DNA from: Anthoceros angustus
Lineage: Eukaryota; Plantae; Anthocerotophyta
Length of the DNA: 64,000 nucleotides
Assembly: GCA_010909165.1 (NCBI GenBank)
Contig: MU008160.1
Coordinates: 1,736,001-1,800,000 of the forward strand
Direction: 5' to 3'
Under the pieces are notes generated by a model. It was not told the origin of the DNA and did not search any database. It saw nothing but the letters and a program-made list of their open reading frames with translations. Of this stretch, positions 48,990-61,097 are shown piece after piece; within the stretch, counting starts at the first letter, position 1, and the number at the start of each line of letters is the position of its first letter. The translations under genes and the position numbers were made by a program.

Positions 48990-51950
48990 AGTGCGCCGGT
49001 ATACCGGCGCATTGACTTTTGACTCATTCCAAGTTCACCATGTCTCCACCTCCGATCATGTTGTTCAAAACAAAGCGAAAGGTATCACAATCTTTATATT
49101 TCAAACTATCACGCACTATCTTTTACGCTTCCTTTCGACCGAGTCCCGAATGTCACATTCTCGAAACTGTGCATCATCCTCGTCTTCACCGACAGTTCAT
49201 AAGCAAGCAAAACAGGATCTTGTTGTTTGTTATGTGAGTCCCGCTCATCCCATACATCACATCGTATCAATTCGATTGAGGGGCCGCTCTTTGAGTTCTT
49301 TTGCTGTGACCCTTCTTCACCCATTAAGTCAGAACTGCAACTTCCTAATGCTGGTACCATTAGCGAAATTTCTTTTGCCAATTTTGATACCCCCTAGTAA
49401 ACTTCTGTTGTGGTCTCCTCATCAAGATCGAAGCTGCTCCAAGTCGTTCACCCGTGGAATGTACATGGCACACCGGGTCATTTTCTCGCCACAACATTCT
49501 CCCACTTCTAATGGCACCACCAAAAGCTTCACTCGCCAAGTATCCACCACCAGTCCTTCTCATTGAACATGTTAACAAGCATGCTCATCAATCTGTGGCT
49601 TTTGATATGGACAAACCACTGCTTGTCGTGATCGTGAAAATGAGTTTCTTCACGGCAGTTCCATGCCTGATAACTCCTGGGAAGGACATCGGTTGTATCG
49701 CCTTGCACAAATAAGAGGCCACAGGCTCATTCGATATACTCCGTACTCCGCCGGCTGGATGAACTCCACGCTCCACTATCCGTGTTCGTGGAATATTTGT
49801 TTTTCCCATACAGCTTGAATCTTTCGCACCTTTCTACCGGTGGCTTGAGCCTCCTCGCCAAGGACAGGTCATCCACGCTTATGCATAAGAATGACTCTAA
49901 AACATCAAGTTGAGACCTCTTCTGATGCAACATATTCTTCAAACCCACCTGTGAACTCCTCTTTGCTTCATTAGCCCTCTTGGCAAGTCGCAAAGAAGAG
50001 GGTGTGGCGCTCGGGCATGAAAGCTTTTAACTCCACGATGTCTCTCCATGACTTGATACTTCACCGCCTCTGGTTAGACATGGGGACTTTGATGCTAGTG
50101 AGCCCCATCTATGTCCACGGCTAGCAAGGGCCGCCGCCTCCATGCGCATCCAATTCAACGCTCTCCATATCAGTTCGAATCTTAGAGGAAGCTCCGAGCT
50201 GATATCTTTCTCGCAATTCCATTGAAAAGGTGGGTTACTACAAACTCGAAGAAGGTGAAAGTGCGCCCAGACCAGGCTTTCTCTCGAAAGGCCTGGATAC
50301 CAACAAGATTGCGCACTGGGCGAGCCGGTCATTGATGCCGGCGCCTCCGCTGGAATGCAGTCTTGTAGCTCGATACCTCTTGGATTAGTTCGGTAGTTCG
50401 CAAACAAAGAACAATGAGAGGATGGTACTCACAACTTTGGAGAATGCCGATAGAAATTTTGCTAGCTTTTCATCTGATGTAGGATATAATTCAGCAGACT
50501 CAAAGCTGTACACCTCAAATGAGTCATAAATGCAATCGGGATGAGATGGAGAGTCTTCTTGTTTGTTACCTCTTCTACAATACCCATTAAAGGAATGTCC
50601 CTTGATAACCTTTTAGATTGCGACAATCGATGTCTTCTTCACCTCCGTCACTGGAGGAATTGCTTGGAATGCTCGAAATGGTTTTCTAAAGTTCGCTTAG
50701 GGGAGCACTCAAGTACTAGTTGTGCCCACTTACAGGAGGGCAGAGCTTTGTTTTGCCTTTGACCTCTTTACGTTGCTTGGAGCCACGGTTTGCTTGCTCC
50801 GGGTTCACATCTTTCCCACATAGAAAAATTGTGTCCACGTTTTCCCATAGTCTTCCTTGACACTGGCAATCCTCAATGGTAGGGTCTTGCGGTCAACCAT
50901 TTTCCACAAAATCGGTGTCTTGAGTGTCTCCATCTTTCAACCATACCAAGAAGCCGATAAATATCAAACTTCCACCCTGATGGTTTTGGCGGGTCTCGCC
51001 TTTCATGGATTTCAAGCTCGTCATGAATATATCGCACTTGTTCTATGAAGTTGAGCTTCTTCCTTCTCTGCGGTGACGTTGTGGTCCACCGCCAAGACTC
51101 TCATCTACGCTACAGCTAAACCCGCATACACATGTGCCTCCATCCATTGATATTTATCCTCTGGTGCATCTCGCATAAGGTTTTCATCGCGATAATGATT
51201 GCCCCGATTACTCGAGTGTGTACCCATTCTCTGAGTCTCTTCTCGACACCTCTTCTACCCTTGCACCTCGCTAGGGTCTATCATGCATAGTAGGGGCAAA
51301 ACTCCTTCCTCTTTCACCCCACCGCATCCGCCTCACAAGGGACTTCATCCATGCCTCATCCACTTTTCGGATTTGAGCATCCGCGAGTTAAGAAAGAAGG
51401 CTGCGCAATGTTTCACATGCACATCTGGTGGTGCTAAGGGCCCTCTTCTTGTGTGCGAGTTCGATCCTCTCATAAATTGTCCGGCCTTGATAGCTTTAGT
51501 CTCTCTCGTTTAGATCCGCCGCACGTTGCGACATCACCAACCACCGTTATCTTCCCTCGCTTCCCTTTTTTTACATGCACCGCTCCACATCCGCCCGCTC
51601 TTCCTTTCCGTGTCAACATGCATGATAAGCGGTTGATTCAACTCTTCCATGTTTTTGGGTCGGCTGCTAGGGCTGAAAGTATGCTTGGACTTACCACCTT
51701 GCTTGCTCCTCGTCTTCGATGGAGATTTTGTTTGTCTTCCCTTCTTCTTCCCTCATGCGTAGGCGGTGGCGATTTCTTCTTCAAGGAGACTCTTCAACTT
51801 CTTCGTCCTCATCCCCGCCGCCCTTACCTAAGGCCTCGTCCAAGCTTGCTTCTGCTGATGACCTAGAGCTTTGCTGCTCGCCTTCGTCTTCACGGATAAA
51901 GGCGGGCGGGACCTCATCCTCTTCAACCTCGGCTTGCATTCTCGACCATT
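48990..51950 (-). pseudogene. ParB/Srx-like domain plus beta-class N6A/N4C DNA methyltransferase-like gene (frameshifted), TE-associated
   Basis: Acidic N-terminus; QIRKVDEAWMKSLVRRMR (~51330-51380); VIG(G)NH (~51195-51212); VYAGLAVA*MRVLAVDHN (~51078-51131); NPPF (50225-50236); CPYQKP (49596-49613), LMSMLVNMFNEK, LVVD (49542-49553), AIRSGR, ENDP. Requires several frameshift corrections. Confidence 0.6.
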
Positions 51951-52347
51951 ATGCCTTCCTCTTCTCGACAGAGAGGTCTGCGAAACTGGACTTATAAGAT
52001 TGCCTTGCCAAGGCGCAAGGCGCTCGGACTCCACCGCGGTTTGATTGGACTCCTTGTGAAACAAACCGTAAAAGTTCGATAAATTGCTCCCCTCACATCA
52101 TTCATCACAACATAAGTTCTTACAAACCCTAAAATTGAAACATGCATATCGGGTATGGCAGCGTACGCCGTCAATCGACGGAAAACCGAAGAGGGTCTCT
52201 AATGTCGCGGTTCACATCGAACGCTTGTTTGCGTCTAGCACAAACATGATATGACTACATCATCGGTGATATGGCGGGGATGTAAAGTTACAAAAGTGAA
52301 GGAACATTTAGTCATCCACTCCATCCACATCACCCACATGATCCACC

Positions 52348-53600
52348 CTACAGCTTTCTCATCCTCAGATTTCCTTCATAGCCATTTACCCATAAGCGCC
52401 ATAAGTGGATTCCAAGGAGTTGACTCGTCTTCTCCATGTCTCTGTGAGACCACTCCTTCTCTATTAAGGATCGCTTGTTCAAACTTTCTTGCAATCGCCT
52501 CACCTTCTGCAATTCTTGGAAGTTGTAAGGATTAGGAAGCGAATCCAATCCAGTTCCACTTCCCCCGGTACTCCCTCCTGCTGGATTCCACTGTGCATCC
52601 CCAATCATGTCCACATTACGCTGGGTGGCTTTCGATGTGGAAACACACACTTCCATGAGACGAATCTTCCTCAAATATGTCTTTGGAATTGGAGGCGGAT
52701 GCATGGTCCGTGGATTTATTCGTTCTGCTGCCTTGCTTTTTGCAGCTTCATTCCTTGTTTTCTTCAACCCGTTTGGGCAGCTCAGCCTCAACCACCTTTG
52801 TATCTCGACTTTCTTGCTCCGTCGCTCGCCATGGAAACTAACGGCCTTGTTTAGGAAGGAAAAGAAAGGAAGGTGGCATGTCTGTAAGAGTGTCTTGTCC
52901 CTTCACCAAAATGAATTGGAGGAACTCATTTCAAACACCCAAATTAGTCGGGATATTAGGAGCAAACATGTCCATATGCAAAACCAAAATTAGTAATGAA
53001 ACAACAAACCTTTGAAGGCGGATCACATTTGAATGGATCCTGTGGCACCAAGAGAATGACAACCAGAGCTGCCGACATATCTTCCAAATCAGAACACTCA
53101 TTTCAAACACCAAAATTCGGATATTAGGAACCGGAAACATGTCCATGTAAACCAAAATTAGTAATGAAACAACAAACCTTTGAGGATCACATTTGAATGG
53201 ATCTGCTGGGCACCAAGAGAATGACAACACGAATCACGCCGACATATCTTCCAACTGAACCACTCATTAAGAAATGGGGTTTCCATATACAATTATATCC
53301 TCGTTTCTTTGAATCCCACGGTCATCATGTTGCGTGCTTGGAAAGAGTTCTACAAAGCATCCCATTCCTCCCACTGTGAACCATTTGGAGGAAGGAAGAC
53401 AAATGGAGAATGCGAAACAAGTTGGCGATATATGTCTGAAAGTAGCGGAGGGAAAGCGTGGAAATATGAGCCATTATGTTGTGATTTGTGGATGATGTCT
53501 TCATTTCTTTGACACTCGGACGTGTGTTTGAGGCGAGATGGTGACCAAAGGGTCCTAGAAGTGACCGAAGATGAAAGTGATGAAGGTGGGGCCATGCATC
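52348..53600 (-). pseudogene. Putative Myb/SANT (trihelix)-like TE accessory gene, degraded
   Basis: NGSQWEEWDAL*NSFQ resembles the trihelix QC..KWD.L...FK motif; downstream exon-like ORF 52348-52791 with a coiled-coil end. Confidence 0.35.
52924..53270. repeat. ~170-bp tandem duplication
   Basis: actcatttcaaacacc...gccgacatatcttccaa at ~52924 and ~53096. Confidence 0.85.
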
Positions 53601-53899
53601 CAACAAATACGACCTCACGCGCTTAAAATCGTGTAATATGTTTCATGTCATGGGGAGATACTCAAGGAGCTGCACTGTCTGGCGGATCTCCAGCAATCTC
53701 CTTAATGATGTCTCTCCGGCGCCTTTTGATGCCATTCACATTCACAGTGAGTATTGCCACCATACATTGGAAGTTCAAAAGACCACGCCCCGCTGGGAAT
53801 GCGAAGACGGAAGAAGAAGAGCCTCGTATCATATTGATTACTTCTCTCGGCGTGTGCAGATGGATGTCAGCCCCCATATCTCGGCGACATCTGTTTAAA

Positions 53900-56800
53900 C
53901 CTCCGGAGGCACATACACTTGATTGATGATGATCTTTCAATGACTCGTGATTTCGTCGAGCCACCCATGAGACGGACTTTTAATATGAAGCCAAGATCGG
54001 AAACATTTATTGAAACGCGGACCCAAGCGGGAAAAGAAATCCAAGGTGCGGAACTCAAATGCTTGGAAAGTCGGGTATCTCGTGATTTGAGAAAGTCGTG
54101 TTGTGCTAAATCTTTGTTTATGCGCTAGGTAAACCCACCTTCCGAGACACGAGATATCGTTTCCGGATGAGTGGCGGAGGCGAAAGCGATCACTTTTCTT
54201 TTCATCGAAGCGTAAACATGGCGGATTGAAGGTGGAGACTTTGGTTGGAAGAGACGAGTTCATCTTTGTCGCGAAGCATTTAGGAGGTGTTTTGTATAGG
54301 TTCAAATCGATGCAAGCGGCCAAGGAGAGCGAGATAATATACCACTGCCTCCTCCGATGAGAGGCAACCGGCGTACCATGCTTCCCGCTGCGGTGGCGTG
54401 GATGAACCATTGTTCATGTTAATCAGCGAGCGGATGCCAAATGTTGAATCGTATCACCTTGGGACTCTTATACCAAAGGAGAAATATTTCAAGAATCTGG
54501 GCGGGCTGGCCAGTACAATATTTCACACTCCTACTTTTGCCAGTTGTGGCAGAATCACTTCCCGAAAGTAAGGATCCCAAAAAATAATCGTTTTGCAGCT
54601 TGTGCTACATCGACTACGGAAGATCGGGAGGCGAGAAAGAGCGTGAAACAAGGTATGCGATGTTTGAAAATTCGAGTCGCCGGTATCTGCATTTTAGAAA
54701 AGGTCATGGCAAGTGCAGATACCAGCCCACTTTAGCCATTAGTCCTACTTGCTACTACAGATGCCATGTTCCCAGATTGTTGCCATACTAAACAGTTGCA
54801 TTGTTCCTTGGTTCATTGAGTGTGCATAAGAATATGAAGCCGATTTGTGAAACCACAGAGAGCGTTTAAAAGCAGAGAGGGAAAAGTGCATGAAGCATCG
54901 GGTCAAGTGTTATGCAAACCCCGCACGGTATATCGGACTCTCTATAGACGGCATGGACCAACAGAAAACACAGCTTCCACATTTCATGCATCTTCCAAAG
55001 AATATGGCAGACACTCCGCTTCTTGACGTCCATGTTGTTGGCTGTCTTGTGTACAACTATACTATGTAAAATTGTTCATTGAGTTTGGAAATATCGAGAA
55101 CGATAAACTGACAATCTGCCATCATACAACATGTTATATTGAACTACGAGGGTTTACTTCCGAAGGTGTTATATTTGCAACTGGACAACACGACACGTGA
55201 AAATAAAAACGCTCTGCTGTTCGCCTACCTTAACATGTTGGTGTCATTGCGAGTCTTTGAGAAGATCAAGGTAGGCTTCCTCCTTGTTGGGCACACCCAT
55301 GATCAGGTAGACCAAATGTTCTCCAGATTTTCGACTGTACTAAGGCATAAGGAGGCTTTTACCTTGCCCAAACTCACCTCTGTGTTGGAAAGTGCTTATA
55401 CGCCAAACCCACAGTTGTGTGTGGTACACAGTCCCGATTTTAGAAGGTATGTTTGGCCCATCCTAATGGTAGGGCTGGCTACTGTGGTAGCCCGTGCATC
55501 AGTTGCACAACATCTCTTTTCAGAATCAGTTCAAAATAACTCGAGAGGAGAGGGAGGAACGCGGTTTCATTACGGTGATGCGAGGTAAACAATATTCAAC
55601 TGATAAATACTGGTCCACCAATGAAGGCCTCGAGTTCTTGAAGCATGTTGTGGGCTACGGACTTCCCTTGGGGTTAGGAAATGAGTTGGGGTTTTGTTTT
55701 TTTTCATAGGTCCGAGGTAGAAAATAAGGCATAAAGGAAGGAATAGGTCCGGAATACTCCGGACTACACTCCGGAGTAGGTCCCAGGACTCCGGAGTACA
55801 CTCCGGAGGAGCCACAGACCGACACATCAAGGGGCGGCCCGGACCCGCGAAGGTAATGTCGGAGTAGTCCGGAACACACTCGGGAGGCGGGATAGGATAA
55901 ATCATGTAAAGTAACAGGGTTGGAGGCGTGTTTTAGACAGCCCTGAGACCACGTGGGATCTTGAGGAGGAGGGGCATGCATGCGGACCGGACCGTAGGTG
56001 CGATGGCGTTATAAGCGGAGTATTCACGCTCCAATGCAGGCGTAAGGCCGAGTAAGCCCAGGCGTAAGGTGAGAGTAAGCCATGCGAGACCTCAGCAGAC
56101 GGGGAAGGGCACCCTCCGCCCCGGATACTCCGACGGCCAGGCGGAGGAGGCCATTCTGCGACCTCGAGACAATTTCGCGAATCTCTGCGCTCAACCCCGC
56201 CCTCTGGCGCTATCTCTCCGAACGCTCAGGCACCTTGGCTCACCTTTTGGAGCGGCAGCGGCGAAGAGGGAGCATCGTGCCAGCAATCGCGGACAATCAC
56301 CTACAGCGGAGTAAGAAGGAGGCGATGGGACCCAAGAAGCTAGCCGGAGGTGGGAGCCACAGGCGCCTGGTGGGCAACATTGTCACCAAGAGATATCGAC
56401 TTGACCAACCCGGTTGGCGGAGGCGGAGGACACAGTGGAGAATGGCACCTCGGCGTCTTTAGGGAGGTGTGGACGTTTGGCCGCACTTGTCGGCGCCGGA
56501 AGATGTTGGCAGCGGCCAACAAGGAGGTCCGATCCAAGAACCTCCGGGGGGATCCTAGGAGGTGGACCTTGAAGGTCTGAGGCGGCTGGCCGCCCAGAAG
56601 GAAAAATTGGGCGTGGTCCGGAGCCCCTCAAGGCAAGAGGAAAGATAGAGGCGACAAAGGCGGCAATCTTTGAAGCCAGGGGCCTTGGCCCGAACAACCA
56701 ACGGTGGTGATGTGATTTGTTGGACAGGAGGGTGAGAGCAGTGGTCAGGATCATTGTCCACTGGAACCGGCTCACCAGGTAGATCACCTTGGTGACAATT

Positions 56801-59800
56801 TATTGGTGTTCCTGCATGCGCTGTAGAGGGGCAAGAGGCGGAGGAGGATCATCTTAGCCGGGTTGACGGAGGCTCACAAGCGAGGTGAAAGCCACCTCCA
56901 TCGCCAGGGATCCCTGCTTGATCCATGTGTGGGGACACTACAACCTCACGAAGGAGGGAAGAGAGGCACTCGGAAGGGCGGCCCTACGAGCGGAGGCGGA
57001 GCAAAGCGCCCGGAGGCCCGAGGCCCCCTAAGACCAAGCAGGCAGGAGGAGGCAGGCGGGAGGATCCGACTCCATACGTTTGGAGGCGGACTCCCTCGCC
57101 ACCAAAGGGAAGTGTGGGAGGACATCCCGCTTCCTTCTCTTGGTGCCCAGGGCGGCCAGCGGCGGAGGAGGCCCAGGCGGGAGTCGGCCCGGCTCCAGAC
57201 GGCCGCAGCCACGGCGGCCGGCGAGCCCGACGGACTCGTCGGGGCCGAAGGCGGAAGGCGGTGCCACCCGCCAGCACCTTGCGCTGCCCTTGCCCCAGCA
57301 GTGGCGGGGAGGCGGTGAGAAGAGGCGGAAAGGGGCCGCCAAGGCAGGAGGCCAGCGCAGCCGGCCCACCGGGCAGTCTGTCGCGGGAGGCAAGAGGTCG
57401 GCTCGAACCCCTCACCTCAAGGCCCGGGAGAAGAGGGCGAACAAGGAATTGGCGGAGGGCCAAAGAGGTGAGGCTCCGGACCTCGGTACTCGGGACCTAA
57501 GGGTCTGATTAGGTCGGAGAGCCAGTCCGGACTCGCTCCGGGCTGCGGTATGGAGGTCCTTGGCGGATCGAGATGCCCGCCTAGCGGACTTCTTGGGGGC
57601 CTCACGGTGGCGGCCGTGGAAGAGAGCGGGTCTCAGCTCGTCATGGGCGGTATGCTCGCAGGGTCTCTGGAGGCGGCGAAGACCCGGAGGTGGAAGCCTG
57701 AGGCGCATGGTGCTCCTCGGGAGGCGGATGGGCGGCGGAGGCGAGGAGGAAGGCGGAAGCTCTCGGCCGCATCGAGGAGGAAGCGGGAGGCCGAAAGTCT
57801 GTCCATTCAGCGGGACGGACTAAGTTTCTTCTGGGTGGCGGTGGCAGTGAGAGGCCCAAGCACGGGTGAGGATCTGCAGCGAAGGAGGCCGGAGGCGGAG
57901 AGGGCTCGCGACAGGCTGGCTGGCCCAACATCGGCGGGCTCGGTGAAGCGGCGCAGGCGGAAGCCAGCGAAGTCGGCCGGGATCACTATCGGCGTGATCG
58001 AACGGTGGAGGGGAGGCAGGTGGCCGTGGCCAACGAAGGCAGCGGGAGGCGGAGCAAGCAGTCGGCCGTGAGGAGGCGGAGGTCGGCCGGGAGATAGGGG
58101 ACCTCGGTGCAGTGCGGAGAGGAGTAGAAGGCGGAGGCTGGAGGGAGGACAAGGATACCTTGGGTGCAACTCAAGGCGCGCCAGGCGGCGGGGTTCTCAG
58201 GAGAATCCAAGACTTGACGGGAGATAAGCCTCCAGCTCCGCTTGAGAGGAGAATAGGCGGCAGTGCAAGGAGTTCGTCGCTGCGGCGGGGAGGTGGAGGA
58301 AGCCGAGAGTCGAGGCAGGATACCGCCCGCTGGAGAAAAGTGGCGGACCTCGGGAAAAGGATAAGCGGAGGAAAGCCTTTGGAGGAGAAGCGGGCTCGTC
58401 CGATTCTGAGAAGCAGAGGGCTCGGCTCCATGGCCCATAATGGCGGGCTGGAGCAATGGGGAGGAGGAGAACGTCGGCAGCGAAGGCTGCGAGGAGAGGT
58501 GACAGGCCGCCTTGGCATCAAAGTCCGCCCGCCTCTGATTAGCTTGTACAGGAGGCAGGCCGGCGAGCCGGACAACATGCCCGGTGGGAGCACCTCTGGA
58601 GAGAATCAGGGTGCTCGGGCTCATGTGGAGGAGGCGATTCAACAAGTCGATTCCGACTTGCCTACTACCACGAGCTCCTCAAGGCTCTGCAGGTCTGCGC
58701 CACCCTAGGCGGGAGGCGGACTTCGAGAAGGGTCGGAAGGAGGAGGCGAGGGAGGAAGGACCGGGACAGTGCAGGGACCCTAGGGGCCCATTTGATGGCA
58801 GCGGCAGGAGAGGAGGCGGAGGAGAGGCGGAGGAAGGGTCGCTACAGGAGGTAAGCACTCGGCACCCATCGGAAGGAAGGGAGGAGGACCACAGGAGGCC
58901 GTGGAAGAGGCGCAACGGGCATTCGGGAACCAAGGAGGGCTCGGTGGATGAGCCGTGATCAGCCGGTGAGGAGGCGGAACCCGAGGGGAGCCCGTGGGTC
59001 GGGACTTTGTCAGGACTCACGAGAAAACCCGGCTCAGTCGGCCCACAAGGAGCAGGACTTAGAGATCGGACTCTAGTGAGGCCAGGACCACGAGGTCCAG
59101 GACTCCGAGGAAGGTTGGGTCGAGGCCGGACCCAGGCAAGTCCGGACCCCAGGGTCCGAACTCCAGAAGAAGGCCGGACCACGGGGCCGGACCCCGGAGG
59201 AAGGACCTAGAGGTCCAGGACTCCGGAGTCGAGGCAGGGGTCCACGAGGTCGGACTCGGAGAGTGGGGAGAGCCACCAATCACCGGCCCGGATCCGGCCC
59301 TTGGAGGCCCGTTCTTGAGGGGCCCTTGAGAGATAAGAGAGGAGGAGGAGGAGGACTTAGTGGTGGCCGTTGTCGGGGCCCCATGGCCGTGGCGGCAGAC
59401 CCTCGGGAGAGGAAGGGTCCCGCCTCGCGGATCATCCGATTGGGTGCGCCATCGTGAGGGCTCGGCTTTGGGCGCGGTGCCAAAGGCAGATCGAGGGGCC
59501 ATCCAGCCCACCAAGCGGAGATAGGAGGAATAGGGAGAATAGTAGGCGGAGGCGATTAGGCCAGCTCATTTCAGAATAGAGGTGTAATAAAGGCGCCGAC
59601 CTTGGCGTAGTATAAGAAGTGAGGCTCTGAGTAAATCATCTTCTCTTGGTGTTGATCGCGTTTCCTGGACCCTTGTCGTCTTCTTGCTAACGTGAGTCTG
59701 AGTCACTTTGGACGGGAAAGCGGCCGGAGAAGGTCACGGTGGACGGACCCTAACGTGTGGTGGTGTGTGCGGGGAAGGCGGAGGGACCCGTGTTTCAGCG

Positions 59801-61097
59801 GCGGTCAGCAGGCCGGGCGGTGAGCGGAGGAACTCGGGGCGTGAGCCGGGGCGGAGAGGCCCGGCGGCGGAGGAGGTCCGGATGTGTAGCCACTCGCGTT
59901 TTTCCCAAGGTTGATAGTGTAGTGAGAGTGGTGAGAGACGGACTAGAGGCGAGTGGCGTGAGCGTGACAACGGGGCCTGAACGTCCTTAAACGTTTAGCC
60001 ACACGGGCACTGTTCGGTGGGCGTTCTGAGTAGTTAGGCGCAAAATGAGCGAATGTGTGTGTTGGTGACGGTCACAAAGTGAGGTGAGAATCCATTGAAA
60101 GCAGCAGGAGCTTATCATTCTCTTGGGAGCGGACTCCTTACTACAGCGACACGGACAAAGATTGGCTACCAACAAGCCGGTACCGCCATTGAAATGGCGC
60201 CACACATGTGCCTAAGGACCAATTTTGCTGCCTCCTCTCCAGTGTCTTTGGAAGTAAGGAGCAAAACGCACATGTCTGAAGGAAGAGATGTCTGAAGGTC
60301 ATTGCCGCTATCCGTGCCAAATTGGAGTGGAGAAATTAAAAGACATTTTTAGGGACGCATTTGCCAAGGAAGATGTGTGGTGGAAATCGCTTTGGGAAGA
60401 ACAAGAGGGCATTGTGGAAAAGAAGGGATAAATTCAGGTCCCTACAGAACTGGAAGAATCCTTTATGGCGGTGGTATAATCAAGAAGCAGTAGGATCGCG
60501 GGCAGCCTGCCCTGCTTCTCGCCTCCGGATGTTGCGAAGTCCTTCCTCATCCATTGCGCGAAAGTGCATGAGCGAGACATGTATGTGGAACCTATACAGA
60601 CAATGGTTTCACGAAGAGAGCAAGAGAGGTTAAATGGTGATATTTCTAGATTGCTGAAATATAGATCCTTCGAAAATGATGCGTAAATCGTCCTTTACGG
60701 ATTGCAAAGGTGCTTCACATAGTTTAGAAAGTCTGAATCACCTTTCATTGAAGTTCACCGTGGGTGACATGTAATACACGCTTTTGAAGGAAGGTACATG
60801 GAAGAGATGATATTCCCAAATGAAGTGCTTTTAGGGCATGGTACAAGGCGTTGCAGGCGAGCCACTAGAAGGTCGAAGAAGAATGTGCAGATGCCGATCA
60901 TTGCTGACACATTTGTTTTGGCCTATGGGTTTGAACTAACTCGAACTAAACAGCTGAAGGCCCAAACACGTTCAATCATCAAGCGAAACCTTATGACGCT
61001 CCGCTTCGTGCAAGAAGATGTGCCAATGGAGGCGAACCAAGGCCGTGGAAGGGCAAACAACGACGACGATCATGTGGCTATTGAAGACGACACTTAG
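53900..61097 (+). mobile_element. Sola1/DUF7869-like transposase gene, interrupted by a 4.4-kb insertion (55646-60076)
   Basis: KSCCAK; FVCREAF-like segment; LWQNHFPKVRIPKNNRFAAC; IDGMDQQKTQLPHF; LYLQLDNTTRENKN; LLVGHTHDQVDQMFS. Frame resumes after the insert (EFLK|xGENPLKAA) and continues to LAYGFELTRTK. Confidence 0.8.
55646..60076 (+). mobile_element. 4431-bp TG...CA element (solo-LTR-like) with 5-bp TSD, carrying a degraded accessory ORF
   Basis: Flanks aagca (55641-55645) / aagtg (60077-60081); no gag-pol and no LTR pair; coding-like region ~56325-58960 with DHLGDNLLVFLHAL; ggactccggag repeats near both ends; TATA-like tataag at ~59611. Confidence 0.75.

Noticed and set aside
56000-59600. 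Many overlapping 100-220-aa ORFs on both strands
   Set aside because: By-product of high GC and frameshifts in one degraded accessory ORF.
55649-60003. Alternative insert boundaries TGTGGGCTA...TAGCCACA
   Set aside because: No TSD; the 55646-60076 boundaries give a TSD and restore the transposase frame.
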